Shown here piece by piece: positions 1-9,338 of a stretch of DNA of 64,000 nt. The notes below the pieces were generated by a model, which was not told where the DNA came from, ran no database searches, and saw nothing but the letters and a program-made list of their open reading frames with translations. Position 1 is the stretch's first letter. Every line of letters starts with the position of its first letter. The position numbers were made by a program, and so were the translations under genes. Where the stretch lies: NCBI GenBank assembly GCA_965249485.1, contig OZ252239.1, positions 1,568,001-1,632,000 on the forward strand, in the 5' to 3' direction. The stretch comes from a bacterium (GTDB lineage: Bacteria > SM23-31).

Positions 1-1
1 G

Positions 2-1510
2 AAGCTCGTTAATTCAACTGTAACAGGCGGGAAAATTGCTAATTCAACTATCACAGGCGGAAAGTTAGCAAATACGACGATTACAGCAGGGAAAATCGCA
101 AATTTGACGATTACGGCTGCACAGATAGCCAATCTAACAATAACAGGTGGGGCAGCCGGGAAGATTGCTGGCAGTACGATTACAGAGGATAATATTGTAG
201 CGAATACGATAACAGCTGCATCAATTGCAGCAGGGACGATCACGACAAATGAAATAGCCGCGGGGACAATCGTAGCGGGAGATATTGCTGCCGGAACAAT
301 CACAGCGGATCGAATTAATGTAGCAAATCTTTCATCGATTGCTGTAGATGCAGGATCAATCATGTCTGGTACAATCACAGGAGCCCTTATTAGGACTTCA
401 TCAGGTGGGCAGCGAGTCGAGATGGATAACTCTACTAACACTTTGAAGTTCTATACCGGCGGCAAACTGGTGATGTATCTGGATGATAATGTAGGAAATC
501 TGGGATCTCCTGGAATAATTGGAGCTGGCGGTACGATATACTTATTGGCGACAGGCGGAACGGAAAAAGCATTTATACCTTTATATATTAAAGCATCGGG
601 CAATTATGGGATCGGGAATTATGGTCCTACGCAATATGGTGCTTTGATTGAGTTCGGAAATGAACCCAGCCCAAGCGGGAATTGCTCGTTACTATTTGGC
701 GCACTAATTCATATTGACCAATCGACCACAGCAACCGGTATTGCTTGTTACGGATTAGGTATCTACAATACTTGGAAATCAAATGATGAAGCTTATGGTC
801 TGTATGTGTTTGCTGATAACTCAGGAACTGGTGCTGCATATGGTATTTATATTCCAGCGAAAACGAATATGACATCCCCTATATATTCGCTCGCTACTCA
901 GGCATCACTATTATCTGGAGATCTGGCTTTGGCTTCCGGGAAGAAATTGGTACTCGATGGATCGGGCGGGAATGATTATCTCATATATACTTCAAGTGAA
1001 ATACAAGCGTTTATTGGCGGGGCTTCAATACTTCAAATAGGAGCTTCTGATGTTTACTCAGCGCAAGACTTTGCAGTTGCTTCTGGAAAGAAGGTGCTCT
1101 TTGATGGGGTTGGGGGAAATGATTATTTTATTTTAAGTGGTGGTTCTTTATTATGGTATTTAGCGGGTTCAAATATTTTTAAAATCGGATCATATGGAAT
1201 GTACTATGCAGGGACAGAATTTGGGATTGGGAATAGTGCTGGTGGATGTGCGGTAGCAATTAAAGCAGGGAATAATTCAAATGCTTTTCTTCTATTAACT
1301 GGTGATAATGGGGACGATAATGGTGATAAATGGAAAATGTCAACTTCGAGTGTGGGATCGTCCGAGCTTGTCTGGTCAAATGATACTTCTGGGTCGCTCG
1401 TAGAAAAGATGCGTTTATATTCTGATGGGTTAGTAAAATTTACAGGATTAGCAGGAACAGGAACCAGAACAGTAAAAGCCGATGCTAATGGCAAGTTATC
1501 GGCTCCATAA
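2..1510 (+). CDS. Phage tail fibre/receptor-binding-like protein, 5'-truncated by window edge
   Basis: Frame is open from base 2; decapeptide repeats (ITAGKIANxT-like) followed by a Gly/Ser-rich beta-type region; lies just before the lysis gene. Confidence 0.7.
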   Translation, partial: KLVNSTVTGGKIANSTITGGKLANTTITAGKIANLTITAAQIANLTITGGAAGKIAGSTITEDNIVANTITAASIAAGTITTNEIAAGTIVAGDIAAGTITADRINVANLSSIAVDAGSIMSGTITGALIRTSSGGQRVEMDNSTNTLKFYTGGKLVMYLDDNVGNLGSPGIIGAGGTIYLLATGGTEKAFIPLYIKASGNYGIGNYGPTQYGALIEFGNEPSPSGNCSLLFGALIHIDQSTTATGIACYGLGIYNTWKSNDEAYGLYVFADNSGTGAAYGIYIPAKTNMTSPIYSLATQASLLSGDLALASGKKLVLDGSGGNDYLIYTSSEIQAFIGGASILQIGASDVYSAQDFAVASGKKVLFDGVGGNDYFILSGGSLLWYLAGSNIFKIGSYGMYYAGTEFGIGNSAGGCAVAIKAGNNSNAFLLLTGDNGDDNGDKWKMSTSSVGSSELVWSNDTSGSLVEKMRLYSDGLVKFTGLAGTGTRTVKADANGKLSAP

Positions 1511-1528
1511 TTTAAAAGGAGGTGTATT

Positions 1529-2023
1529 TTGGGATTAAAAGTAACGAATGGTGAGTTGAACAAACAGGTGATGTTGGGTGCGTTTGATTTTTTCATTAAT
1601 GCGGATTTAAACATCGATGAGTATGGCTGGGATGCTCGTATGTTATATAAAGAGTTTGTGGACGGTACAAAGCCATACCTGGATGAGCGTGAAAAGATTA
1701 AAACAATGCACCAAAAGAAAGGAAAAGATGGAAACTTTGTATACCTCGACAATCGTAGTGCGTGCTGGAAATCGGCAAAGGATAAAGAAAAAGCAGAAGA
1801 AAAACTGAAAGTGTTATCTGAACAAAAAGTAACATTCGGAACGGATGCTATTATACTGGCACTTGAAGAGATTCCGTACTATCTGGACAAAGATGGAAAA
1901 GAGCAAAGAGTTCCGCTGGGCACGATGATAGCTTGTGAGCCGTTCATAATTCTTACCAGAGATAAAAACGAAAAAAAGAAAATAGTCGACGAGAGAAACA
2001 AAACAGCAAATCGAGGGAAATAG
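1529..2023 (+). CDS. Hypothetical phage protein
   Basis: 164-aa ORF with strong AGGAGG RBS and TTG start, between tail fibre and lysis gene. Confidence 0.7.
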   Translation: MGLKVTNGELNKQVMLGAFDFFINADLNIDEYGWDARMLYKEFVDGTKPYLDEREKIKTMHQKKGKDGNFVYLDNRSACWKSAKDKEKAEEKLKVLSEQKVTFGTDAIILALEEIPYYLDKDGKEQRVPLGTMIACEPFIILTRDKNEKKKIVDERNKTANRGK

Positions 2024-2038
2024 GTCGAATAGGATGGA

Positions 2039-2458
2039 TTGTTTATGAAAGTGGATATCTACCGGATCGAACGGAACAACCTGTTATCACGTGGAGTCTT
2101 TGTCATTGATGGCGAGGCGTTCTGTGTGTGCCTTGAAAATCCGTGGAAAAACAACGAACCATTTGTGTCGTGCATCCCCTCGGGGACGTACACCGCACGA
2201 CGATTTCAGTCCCCGAAATATGGTGACGTATTTCAGATATATGGCGTTGATGGCAGGTCGTTAATACTGATCCACTGGGGCAATTATGAGCGCAATACAC
2301 AAGGTTGTATACTCATTGCACGGAACTATGCTGCAATGAACGGAGAGAGGGCTATAGCGGCATCAAAAGCGGTGTTCAATGAATTCATGAAGCGGATGGA
2401 AGGCGTGGATGAATTTGAGATTGAGTTTCATGATGTTGGGGTGTTGGAAGCTGCTTGA
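2039..2458 (+). CDS. DUF5675 family protein (putative phage lysin, L,D-transpeptidase-like)
   Basis: LENPW...SCIPSGTY...ILIHWGN...TQGCIL motifs typical of the family. Confidence 0.8.
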   Translation: MFMKVDIYRIERNNLLSRGVFVIDGEAFCVCLENPWKNNEPFVSCIPSGTYTARRFQSPKYGDVFQIYGVDGRSLILIHWGNYERNTQGCILIARNYAAMNGERAIAASKAVFNEFMKRMEGVDEFEIEFHDVGVLEAA

Positions 2459-2492
2459 TATGAAATGTCTATTTACATTAGTTAAAATTACT

Positions 2493-2756
2493 TTAATCCC
2501 AAAATGTATCTGGTAATTTAAACTTTCTTTGTATTGCTTTCTGCATAGATACCGAGTATTCCTGATTCTCATTGCGACATTTTATAGGATAGTGAATTCC
2601 GGAATCCATATGATGTAACATTCTATGGCTGCCCTTTCCTCTTCCTCCTTTTTTCATTACCACAATGCCGAATTCGCTCAATACTTTAATTAGGACTCGA
2701 TATTTTCTTGGTGAAGGTTGAGAGGAATTAGCAAGTAGCAGCATGAGCATATTCAA
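2493..2756 (-). CDS. hicA: HicA-family toxin
   Basis: Small basic protein with GKGSH motif and HicA-like size; exact start uncertain. Confidence 0.75.
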   Translation of the reverse strand: MNMLMLLLANSSQPSPRKYRVLIKVLSEFGIVVMKKGGRGKGSHRMLHHMDSGIHYPIKCRNENQEYSVSMQKAIQRKFKLPDTFWD

Positions 2757-3138
2757 CTTCTTTTATAATATTTGTACCAAAGGGAAATTTGATTTCGGGG
2801 AATTTCGGATTGGCTTTTCTGGCTACTCTTGTGCCATTAACAAATTTCTGCCAATATTCGATTGGAGCGGGAGTTACAATATTTTCCAATGTACCTGCTT
2901 GTATAGCAAAGCTGATGTTATCCATGAGAGCAGTAAGTATATTTTCTTTCGCTTCACTCTCAGTTTTACCATCGGCAACAATATCGTATTCTAATGCGTG
3001 TGCAACAACAATATCTCCTTCTGTTCCTAACATTATATGTGCTCTTATGGCTATTAAGAATCCATCTTTAACTGTTTTTGTCTGAATAGCTTTCTCAACC
3101 GCACTTCGCATTAAATTCTCGACCTGCTGTGCCTTCAT
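2728..3138 (-). CDS. hicB: HicB-like antitoxin
   Basis: AHALEYDIVADGKTESEAKENI resembles the HicB partial RNase H fold; overlaps the hicA ORF. Confidence 0.65.
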   Translation of the reverse strand: MKAQQVENLMRSAVEKAIQTKTVKDGFLIAIRAHIMLGTEGDIVVAHALEYDIVADGKTESEAKENILTALMDNISFAIQAGTLENIVTPAPIEYWQKFVNGTRVARKANPKFPEIKFPFGTNIIKEVEYAHAATC

Positions 3139-3399
3139 TATTTTGATCCACCCTTGTTAGTTGATTGGTATAAGTGTTATCGGCTTATATCTGTTTATTA
3201 TACAGTATAAAATGTGAAATTATTCAAATTTGGGATTTGAGCCGTTTGATTGTTTCAATACTGCCAAAAAGAAAGTATAGTAACAACCGTCTTTCTGTTT
3301 GTTAAACATGGATTAATGGTACTTGTGGTATACAGATAGGGCCGGTTGTTGAATTACTTAAATACATGTGGACTGTTAACGAAATTTAAAATCTTTGCT

Positions 3400-3428
3400 A
3401 ATATAATGATTTTCTACAATTAATACAA
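3400..3428 (-). promoter_or_regulatory. sigma70-like promoter, module copy 1 (towards hicBA)
   Basis: TTGTAT-N17-TATATT on minus strand; spacer identical to the copy at 7479-7507. Confidence 0.55.
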
Positions 3429-3545
3429 TTGTAATTCGATGCTTTGTCTATTAATTTAACTCCAACATGACATTATAAGGTTCCAAATTTTTAAAAACAA
3501 GCGATATTTTATTGTCAACTATATTTTTGTTTTGAATTAGAAACA

Positions 3546-3630
3546 TCACCTAAACCTAATATACCCGGGTTTCTCAATCAGTTTATGATCTTTCCAGAAA
3601 TAAGCAATATCTTCTATGAACTCAACGACT
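3546..3630 (-). pseudogene. 3' remnant of the 99-aa SNase-partner gene
   Basis: VVEFIEDIAYFWKDHKLIEKPGYIRFR nearly matches the C-terminus of ORF 7632-7931; its 5' part is replaced by an IS remnant. Confidence 0.8.
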
Positions 3631-3632
3631 AA

Positions 3633-3812
3633 CGAGGCATTCATGGTGTTTATCAACATGTAAGCAAAGAACACTTGAAAAACTACTTGCATGAGTTCAA
3701 TTTTCGTTATAACTTTCGGTACTTTCCAGACAGCCATCGCACTATAAATGCCATTAAGGGTTTTGAAAGAAAGAGGTTGATGTACCGGGACTCATCCGGT
3801 GTAACCAACTAA
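3633..3812 (+). pseudogene. IS1595-family transposase C-terminal remnant
   Basis: Translates RGIHGVYQHVSKEHLKNYLHEFNFRYN...KRLMYRD*, the typical IS1595 DDE C-terminus; no start codon. Confidence 0.85.
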
Positions 3813-3838
3813 AAAAATCCAATATAATAGTATAAATC

Positions 3839-4144
3839 ATGCAATCACAAAACAATTACGGTTCTGTTGAGGGAAGATTGAGGGTGATTTCCGAACGTAA
3901 AAGTTTGAGGTTTTTTGTTGATGATGACTTGACGAGTAAATCAATCGCATGCTATTTTAAAGAAGAAAACATTAATGACGTACTCTCTGCATTCAGAAAG
4001 CGAGTATCAGTATATGGATTAATAATGTACAAATCTCATGGAGAGCCGTATTCGTTGAAAGTTGAACGATTTAGAGTGTTGAAAGACAAGGACGATTTAC
4101 CCACAATAAATGATGTCTTGGGGATATTGAAGAAAGATGGATAA
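3839..4144 (+). CDS. Hypothetical protein (OB-fold-like fragment, upstream of PIN gene)
   Basis: 101-aa ORF overlapping the start of the PIN fragment. Confidence 0.5.
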   Translation: MQSQNNYGSVEGRLRVISERKSLRFFVDDDLTSKSIACYFKEENINDVLSAFRKRVSVYGLIMYKSHGEPYSLKVERFRVLKDKDDLPTINDVLGILKKDG

Positions 4145-4346
4145 ATTAATCCGCTACTGGGATAGTGATTGTTTTCTGGGGTGGTTCAATGAAGAATGGG
4201 ACAAAATAGATCAATGCAAAGGTGTGCTTACCAAAGCTCAGAACGGAGAATTGATAATTGTTACATCTGCCCTTACATTGACTGAAGTTTTAAAGGTTAC
4301 CGATGATGACTCACTGAAGAATAATGATTTTGAAGGAACTACTTGA
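4137..4346 (+). pseudogene. Truncated PIN/VapC-like protein
   Basis: YWDSDCFL...IVTSALTLTEVL is a PIN N-terminal half; only 69 aa. Confidence 0.6.
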
Positions 4347-5167
4347 AAGCTAATCCTAAAATAGCGGTCATCAACCCGGAGAGAATAAAAGACGTAAAGA
4401 TAAACCAGATTTACGTTGCAGACTGCGTGGATTTCATGCGGGGAATGAAATCTGATTACATTGATTTGACCGTTACATCTCCACCCTACGATAAATTAAG
4501 AGATTATAAAGGATACTCCTTTAACTTTGAGGCTATCGCAACCGAACTTCTCCGTGTTACAAAAGAAGGAGGAGTGATTGTCTGGGTAGTTGGAGACAAG
4601 ATGAACGGAGGGCGAACTCTTACAAGTTTCCGACAGGGTATATTCTTTCAGGAAATCGGGTTCAACATGCACGACGTGATGATTTACCAGAAAAAGAATA
4701 CACCGTTCATGCGCAGCAACGCTTACACTAACGCCTATGAGTTTATGTTTGTCTTGAGTAAAGGAAGCCCAAAAACCTTTAACGCAAGGAAGGAAAAGAC
4801 CGTGCGGAGTGGGTATGAAATGGTGGTTCATAACAAAGGGTCTGACGCCATAAACAAGAAGGTTCTCAAGGAACTAAAGAAAGAAAAAACCCGAACTAAT
4901 ATCTGGGCGTATGCCGTGGGCATGGGTGGGACTACTTCAGACAAGATTGCTTTCAAACATCCGGCGGTGTTCCCCGAAAATCTTGCTGGCGACCATATTT
5001 TGTCGTGGACAAACGAAGGCGACCTTGTTTTCGACCCTATGTGTGGTTCAGGAACTACATGCAAAATGGCTCTCTTGAATCGAAGAAACTATATCGGTGT
5101 AGACATATCTGCAGAGTACATAGAAATAACAGAACAGAGACTACGGAAATTCAAAAATGTTAAATGA
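4343..5167 (+). CDS. Beta-class amino DNA methyltransferase (likely N4-C)
   Basis: TSPPY catalytic motif before the HPAVFP and DPMCGSGTT SAM motifs; overlaps the endonuclease gene. Confidence 0.9.
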   Translation: MKANPKIAVINPERIKDVKINQIYVADCVDFMRGMKSDYIDLTVTSPPYDKLRDYKGYSFNFEAIATELLRVTKEGGVIVWVVGDKMNGGRTLTSFRQGIFFQEIGFNMHDVMIYQKKNTPFMRSNAYTNAYEFMFVLSKGSPKTFNARKEKTVRSGYEMVVHNKGSDAINKKVLKELKKEKTRTNIWAYAVGMGGTTSDKIAFKHPAVFPENLAGDHILSWTNEGDLVFDPMCGSGTTCKMALLNRRNYIGVDISAEYIEITEQRLRKFKNVK

Positions 5168-5768
5168 GTGGGTTGTATGTGTCGAAGGAAAGGGGAGGAA
5201 GCACGAAGACGGGAAACCGGCTAAACGAACAAGAGCGTTTGAAGCTGATTCAGTCGGGTTAGTCAAAGATATTACGGGAGATTCAGTTGTTGTCTGGCTA
5301 ATCGGAAGGGATGAAACATGGACGATTCCCGCAAGTGAAGTTAAGCAAATCGATGTCAATAAGACAGGAGATAAACACTCAAAGAAGATTTGCAATATCT
5401 GTCATCGTTTGCTTCCGGTATCCAAGTTTGACAAAAACCAAACCAACCAACATGGAATAATTCGTCGCCCCAGCTGTACTAAATGCCGAACTGATATTGA
5501 CAAGCGGGCTCCCAAGAGTCAGCAAGCCAAGCAGATGGAAAGACAACGACCTAAGAAATGCTCGCCATTCAAATGTCCTATCTGCCAAAAGCGTTCGATT
5601 GTGGGGATAACTGCAAGGATTGTTGCCGACCATGACCACCACACAGGCAATATAAGAGACTTCATTTGCGATAGTTGTAATACTGGACTTGGCAGATTTA
5701 AGAATGGCGAAAACTGTCTTAAGAATGCTGTGATTTACATAGAAGAAAGGGACACTCTGAATGCATAG
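5157..5768 (+). CDS. Hpy99I-family type II restriction endonuclease (betabetaalpha-Me, two Zn sites)
   Basis: KKICNICH...RPSCTKCR...CPICQKRSIVG...DHDH...ICDSCNTGLGRFK closely follows the Hpy99I sequence pattern as I recall it. Confidence 0.85.
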   Translation: MLNEWVVCVEGKGRKHEDGKPAKRTRAFEADSVGLVKDITGDSVVVWLIGRDETWTIPASEVKQIDVNKTGDKHSKKICNICHRLLPVSKFDKNQTNQHGIIRRPSCTKCRTDIDKRAPKSQQAKQMERQRPKKCSPFKCPICQKRSIVGITARIVADHDHHTGNIRDFICDSCNTGLGRFKNGENCLKNAVIYIEERDTLNA

Positions 5769-5938
5769 TTTTTTATTTATGTATATAATTCCCCTATAAT
5801 TATTATATATATATATTATAGTAGTTAATATACTACGTAGATAGTATTATTATTACTACTACTTGACTCTTAACTTTTGTAATGTATTTAATTAGTATGT
5901 ACATGCCATGTCAACTTGCCTCCAGCAATTTGGCTACA

Positions 5939-5974
5939 GGGGCGACTCTAAAGTTTAGATGTCGCCCTCTTTTT
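5939..5974. terminator. Intrinsic terminator between convergent R-M and SNase genes
   Basis: GGGCGAC...GTCGCCC stem followed by a T run. Confidence 0.65.
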
Positions 5975-5975
5975 G

Positions 5976-6644
5976 TTATTCCTGAGGCGGCTTACACACA
6001 CTGCAAGCAGAAAATTGCCCCTTTGCTATATCAAGAGAAATAGGAATTGAACTTCTACTCAGATACCTACAGCCTGCTTTGTGATATTTGCTGCCGGTTC
6101 TCGTTCTATAAACAGTAATAGATTTTTTTTCTTCTGTAACAGTCGGCTTAGGTGCAGGTGTACTAACTATTGTTGTCGTTACATCTTCATTCCAAAGCCC
6201 TACATTGTTCCTCTGCGCTTCACCCTGTAAATGCTGAAACACCTCAACATATTTCACATTCGGTGGATATGTAAAAACCTGAGCATAGCCGTTTTGAACA
6301 AGCCACGCATTCGCAAAAATATCACCATACTCCGCAGGAACAAAGACATATGCTAATAATCTGCCATATTGATCGCGTTCCTGCACATCGATTTCGAGTC
6401 TTATTGATTTACCTTCAATGAGATTTTTTGTGGCTTCTGATGCTTCTTTCCCATAATATTCAACAGGTTTTGAAGGATGAACAGTTTCAGGTGTATCAAC
6501 ACCGATCAGCCGAACAGTCTCCCCATTATCGATTTCGAATGTATCGCCATCGATTACCCGGATGACGGTATGGTATTCCTGGGCGATGGCAGGCAAGAAG
6601 GTAAGGCAAAAGATAATTAATACAGCTGCTGTTTTTAATTTCAT
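5976..6644 (-). CDS. Secreted thermonuclease (SNase) paralog 1 with C-terminal Ada-like Zn domain
   Basis: Signal peptide; DGDT, VRLIGVDTPE and DQYGR motifs; C-terminal TGSKYHxxGC...CSVCKP. Confidence 0.9.
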   Translation of the reverse strand: MKLKTAAVLIIFCLTFLPAIAQEYHTVIRVIDGDTFEIDNGETVRLIGVDTPETVHPSKPVEYYGKEASEATKNLIEGKSIRLEIDVQERDQYGRLLAYVFVPAEYGDIFANAWLVQNGYAQVFTYPPNVKYVEVFQHLQGEAQRNNVGLWNEDVTTTIVSTPAPKPTVTEEKKSITVYRTRTGSKYHKAGCRYLSRSSIPISLDIAKGQFSACSVCKPPQE

Positions 6645-6671
6645 GATGTGGCGGTGCTGGAAGCTGCTTAA
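6639..6671 (+). repeat. 33-bp remnant of the DUF5675 3' end (second copy)
   Basis: 29/33 identical to 2426-2458; encodes FHDVAVLEAA* vs FHDVGVLEAA*. Confidence 0.85.
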
Positions 6672-6685
6672 TAATAATTTGAATA

Positions 6686-7091
6686 TTAGGCTATATATTT
6701 TGATTCTCTTTCAAGTCTACGTTGTCTGCTACCATAAATAAACGATCCAACAAGAGAAACCAATGTACCACCAAATAGTACCATTCCTGCTCTATCATGC
6801 CCATTCATTGTAAGGAATATTCCCCCACCTATACCGGCAAGAGAAATAACTAATGCAAAGACCAATCCTAACTTACTTTCAAATGATCCGGATTTAATCA
6901 CTTGTTTTTCCATTTCTTGGCGATGCGAACTTTGCTTGACGAAGGTGTCCATAATTGTTTTGGCAGCACCTGGGCAAACTTCTTCATATTTTTGGAATTG
7001 TCCAGCAGGGGGTAATGGTCCGGAATAAGATTGGGCGATTGCAACTGCACGGTTCTGCAGTTGTTGTTTTGGTTTATTTATTCTTCGCCAT
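6686..7091 (-). CDS. DUF2335-like membrane protein, +1 frameshift near the start
   Basis: YSGPLPP...YEEVCPGAAKTIM...HRQEME plus two TM helices; ATG at 7091 is one base out of frame. Confidence 0.65.
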
Positions 7092-7302
7092 TCAACAGGA
7101 GAGCATTTTCTTCTTCAAAATTCAAGAAAGAATCGAATAGATCGTCACCAACAGCTTTCCAATCCGAACGGATAGCATTTTCGTCTGCTTCCTCTTCAGT
7201 CAGAGAGTTATTATAGACGGTAAGTGTGTTACCAAGATCAATTGCTCTTGCCACACCTCCAACAAAGTTTGGTACGGCAAATAGGAAAAACGTTCCACCC
7301 AT
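7078..7302 (-). CDS. Small hypothetical protein, partner of DUF2335
   Basis: Paralog of 10782-10994 (FAxP..GVAR.ID...YNNS...AD..AI.SDW..GDDL). Confidence 0.75.
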   Translation of the reverse strand: MGGTFFLFAVPNFVGGVARAIDLGNTLTVYNNSLTEEEADENAIRSDWKAVGDDLFDSFLNFEEENALLLNGEE

Positions 7303-7478
7303 GATATTCTCAACTTTTATAATGTATATCGGCCTAAATCAATCAATCGATTAATTTCAAAGCACGTTTATATGATCGGTTTATTAAATTTGCACCAATA
7401 CGGATTTGGTACATAGATAGGGCCGGTTGTTGTATTATTTTATTTAGTCGTGGACTAATAACTATTTAAAAGTACTTT

Positions 7479-7507
7479 AATATAATGATTTTCTACAATT
7501 AATGCAA
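7479..7507 (-). promoter_or_regulatory. sigma70-like promoter, module copy 2
   Basis: TTGCAT-N17-TATATT inside a block homologous to about 3325-3430. Confidence 0.55.
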
Positions 7508-7631
7508 TTACAATTGTCAACTATTTTTTTTCTTTACAATTTAATCTCTTTGTAGTTAACACTAATATAACACCATTTAGTTCCAAAACAAGCGAAAATT
7601 GTGAACCGTTTATTTTCATTATAATATGAAT

Positions 7632-7931
7632 TCACTTCCTAAACCTAATATACCCCGGCTTCTCCACCAGCTTCCCATCCTTCCAGAAATAAGCGATATC
7701 TTCAATGAATTCCACTACTATCGGGTCCCGGAATACCTCATGATCATCTTCGAACACATGCACCATTTGCAGGTACAGAATTGCTTTGTCTCTGGCTCCG
7801 AATCGATCATCTTCAGTCACGCCCCATATATTGTTGAACAGCTGAATATAGAGTTTGATCGGTTTTACCCAGCAGTCCGGAGGCTGCGGGAACATGGCTG
7901 AAGTGCCTATTATTTTTGAGAGACCTGGCAT
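7632..7931 (-). CDS. 99-aa hypothetical protein downstream of SNase
   Basis: Only complete copy; partial copies at 3546-3630 and about 11250-11414 conserve this reading frame. Confidence 0.6.
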   Translation of the reverse strand: MPGLSKIIGTSAMFPQPPDCWVKPIKLYIQLFNNIWGVTEDDRFGARDKAILYLQMVHVFEDDHEVFRDPIVVEFIEDIAYFWKDGKLVEKPGYIRFRK

Positions 7932-7944
7932 GAAATCCCAGTGG

Positions 7945-8802
7945 CTATTTAATAAAGATTAATCCATTGTCATCGTAAGATCCAATTAACTCTTCATTGT
8001 CATAAATAAATATTTTCAAATTATTTATACCAGATACATTCTCATAATAGATTTGAACATAGTCAAACATTAATTTTTTGGCATGCATACTTAAGTCATA
8101 AAAAGAATCATCGATATATATTGATAGCTTTTCATTGTCGAAAACTATTTCCCTTATTCGTTTTTCTTCTTTAGAAGATTCAATAAAATCATTGTGCCTT
8201 TCATCTCGTTCGGATCTCCTCCGGTCTGTTTCGGATTCCAACCAGTCTGTGTAAGATGTTACATTCTCAGATATTTTATCTCTTAATTCAGATAATGAGC
8301 TTTTTGCTTGTTCTTCTCCCAAAGCTTCAACTCTTTTATCAAAATCCCATATTCCAATTTTCGCTTCTCGGGCAATTTTAAGGCCGTCTATTAATTCACT
8401 GAAGTATTTCCCATTTGGTAGATAAAACATTATATTTCCGAATCCATATAGCACCATTGATCTGTTGATTAGGACTTCATCTCCAGATGAATTTTTAATC
8501 CAAGCATATGCAAGTACTCTTCCATATCTGTCTCTTCTTTCCTCATCGAATTCTAACCGTACAGTTCTTCCTTCAATCGTTTTTTTCGTAAAATCTGATG
8601 CCTCTTTCCCGTAATATTCTACCGGTTTACTCGGATGAACGGTTTCAGGCGTATCGACTCCGATCAGCCGCACAGTTTCTCCGTTCTCAATTTCGAATGT
8701 ATCACCATCAATTACCCGGGTAACGGTGTGGTATTCCTGAGCGATGGTGAGTGATACTGAAAGGGAGAATACGATTACTGCTATGAATATTTTAAGTCTC
8801 AT
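7945..8802 (-). CDS. Secreted thermonuclease (SNase) paralog 2 with acidic C-terminal domain
   Basis: Signal peptide; DGDT, VRLIGVDTPE and DRYGR motifs. Confidence 0.9.
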   Translation of the reverse strand: MRLKIFIAVIVFSLSVSLTIAQEYHTVTRVIDGDTFEIENGETVRLIGVDTPETVHPSKPVEYYGKEASDFTKKTIEGRTVRLEFDEERRDRYGRVLAYAWIKNSSGDEVLINRSMVLYGFGNIMFYLPNGKYFSELIDGLKIAREAKIGIWDFDKRVEALGEEQAKSSLSELRDKISENVTSYTDWLESETDRRRSERDERHNDFIESSKEEKRIREIVFDNEKLSIYIDDSFYDLSMHAKKLMFDYVQIYYENVSGINNLKIFIYDNEELIGSYDDNGLIFIK

Positions 8803-9067
8803 TTATTCCCTCATTCTTCTGTGAAGTCGGTATAAGGAACCCATTCAACCAGCCTATTAAGCATATAAGATAATTGTTCTGCCTCTTCATGAGAAGTGTT
8901 TTTCTTAATTGTAATTGCAAAAAACCATCGCCCAAGACTTCCAATTTTTCTTTTATTGTCTCAAGACCTATGTGATAAGAAACATCTTTTACATCACCAT
9001 CTTTTTCTTGAACATGATCTTTGACTGTGAACCTATAACTTCCCCATTCTGTATTCGAATTTGTCAT
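8792..9067 (-). CDS. Hypothetical protein
   Basis: 91-aa ORF with GGAG RBS, overlapping the SNase-2 start. Confidence 0.5.
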   Translation of the reverse strand: MTNSNTEWGSYRFTVKDHVQEKDGDVKDVSYHIGLETIKEKLEVLGDGFLQLQLRKTLLMKRQNNYLICLIGWLNGFLIPTSQKNEGINET

Positions 9068-9087
9068 TAAAATTTCTCCATTATATT

Positions 9088-9338
9088 AAAATAAAACAGG
9101 GAGCAAAATGCTCCCTGGGGTAACTTTAATAGATGACGGATTTAATTAAATCATTTCATCTATGGGTATCTTTTATAGGCGATTGACCCCCAAGAGAGTC
9201 AGAACCAACCTATGAACTTCTATATGGTTATATTATAAACAGGACATTTTTTCTCTAATCCACCACCATGGTTTACATTTGTAAACGTATGATGCTTTAA
9301 ATTGACTTATGGGATAAGTATGATTATGTCATACTTTC
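9088..9338 (-). ncRNA. Candidate structured RNA or leader (about 250 nt)
   Basis: Promoter TTGACG-N17-TACTTT (9345-9373), four hairpins, then terminator CAGGGAGC-N5-GCTCCCTG plus U tract. Confidence 0.45.

Larger units (their letters stand above)
3633..5793 (+). mobile_element. Truncated IS1595 (ISNwi-like) element with passenger genes
   Basis: Transposase remnant, passenger genes, and a right end reading GGGAATTATATACATAA on minus strand (about 5777-5793), matching the ggnnatTAT ISNwi end motif. Confidence 0.6.

Noticed and set aside
2..1510. Diversity-generating retroelement target or CRISPR-like array in the tail-fibre repeats
   Set aside because: The repeats are degenerate in-frame 30-nt coding units; I saw no reverse transcriptase, template repeat, spacers or cas genes
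3546..3737. 63-aa ORF as a real gene
   Set aside because: Chimera of the antisense IS1595 remnant and the 99-aa gene's 3' end
7626..7901. Plus-strand 91-aa ORF
   Set aside because: Shadow of 7632-7931; the repeated copies conserve the minus-strand frame
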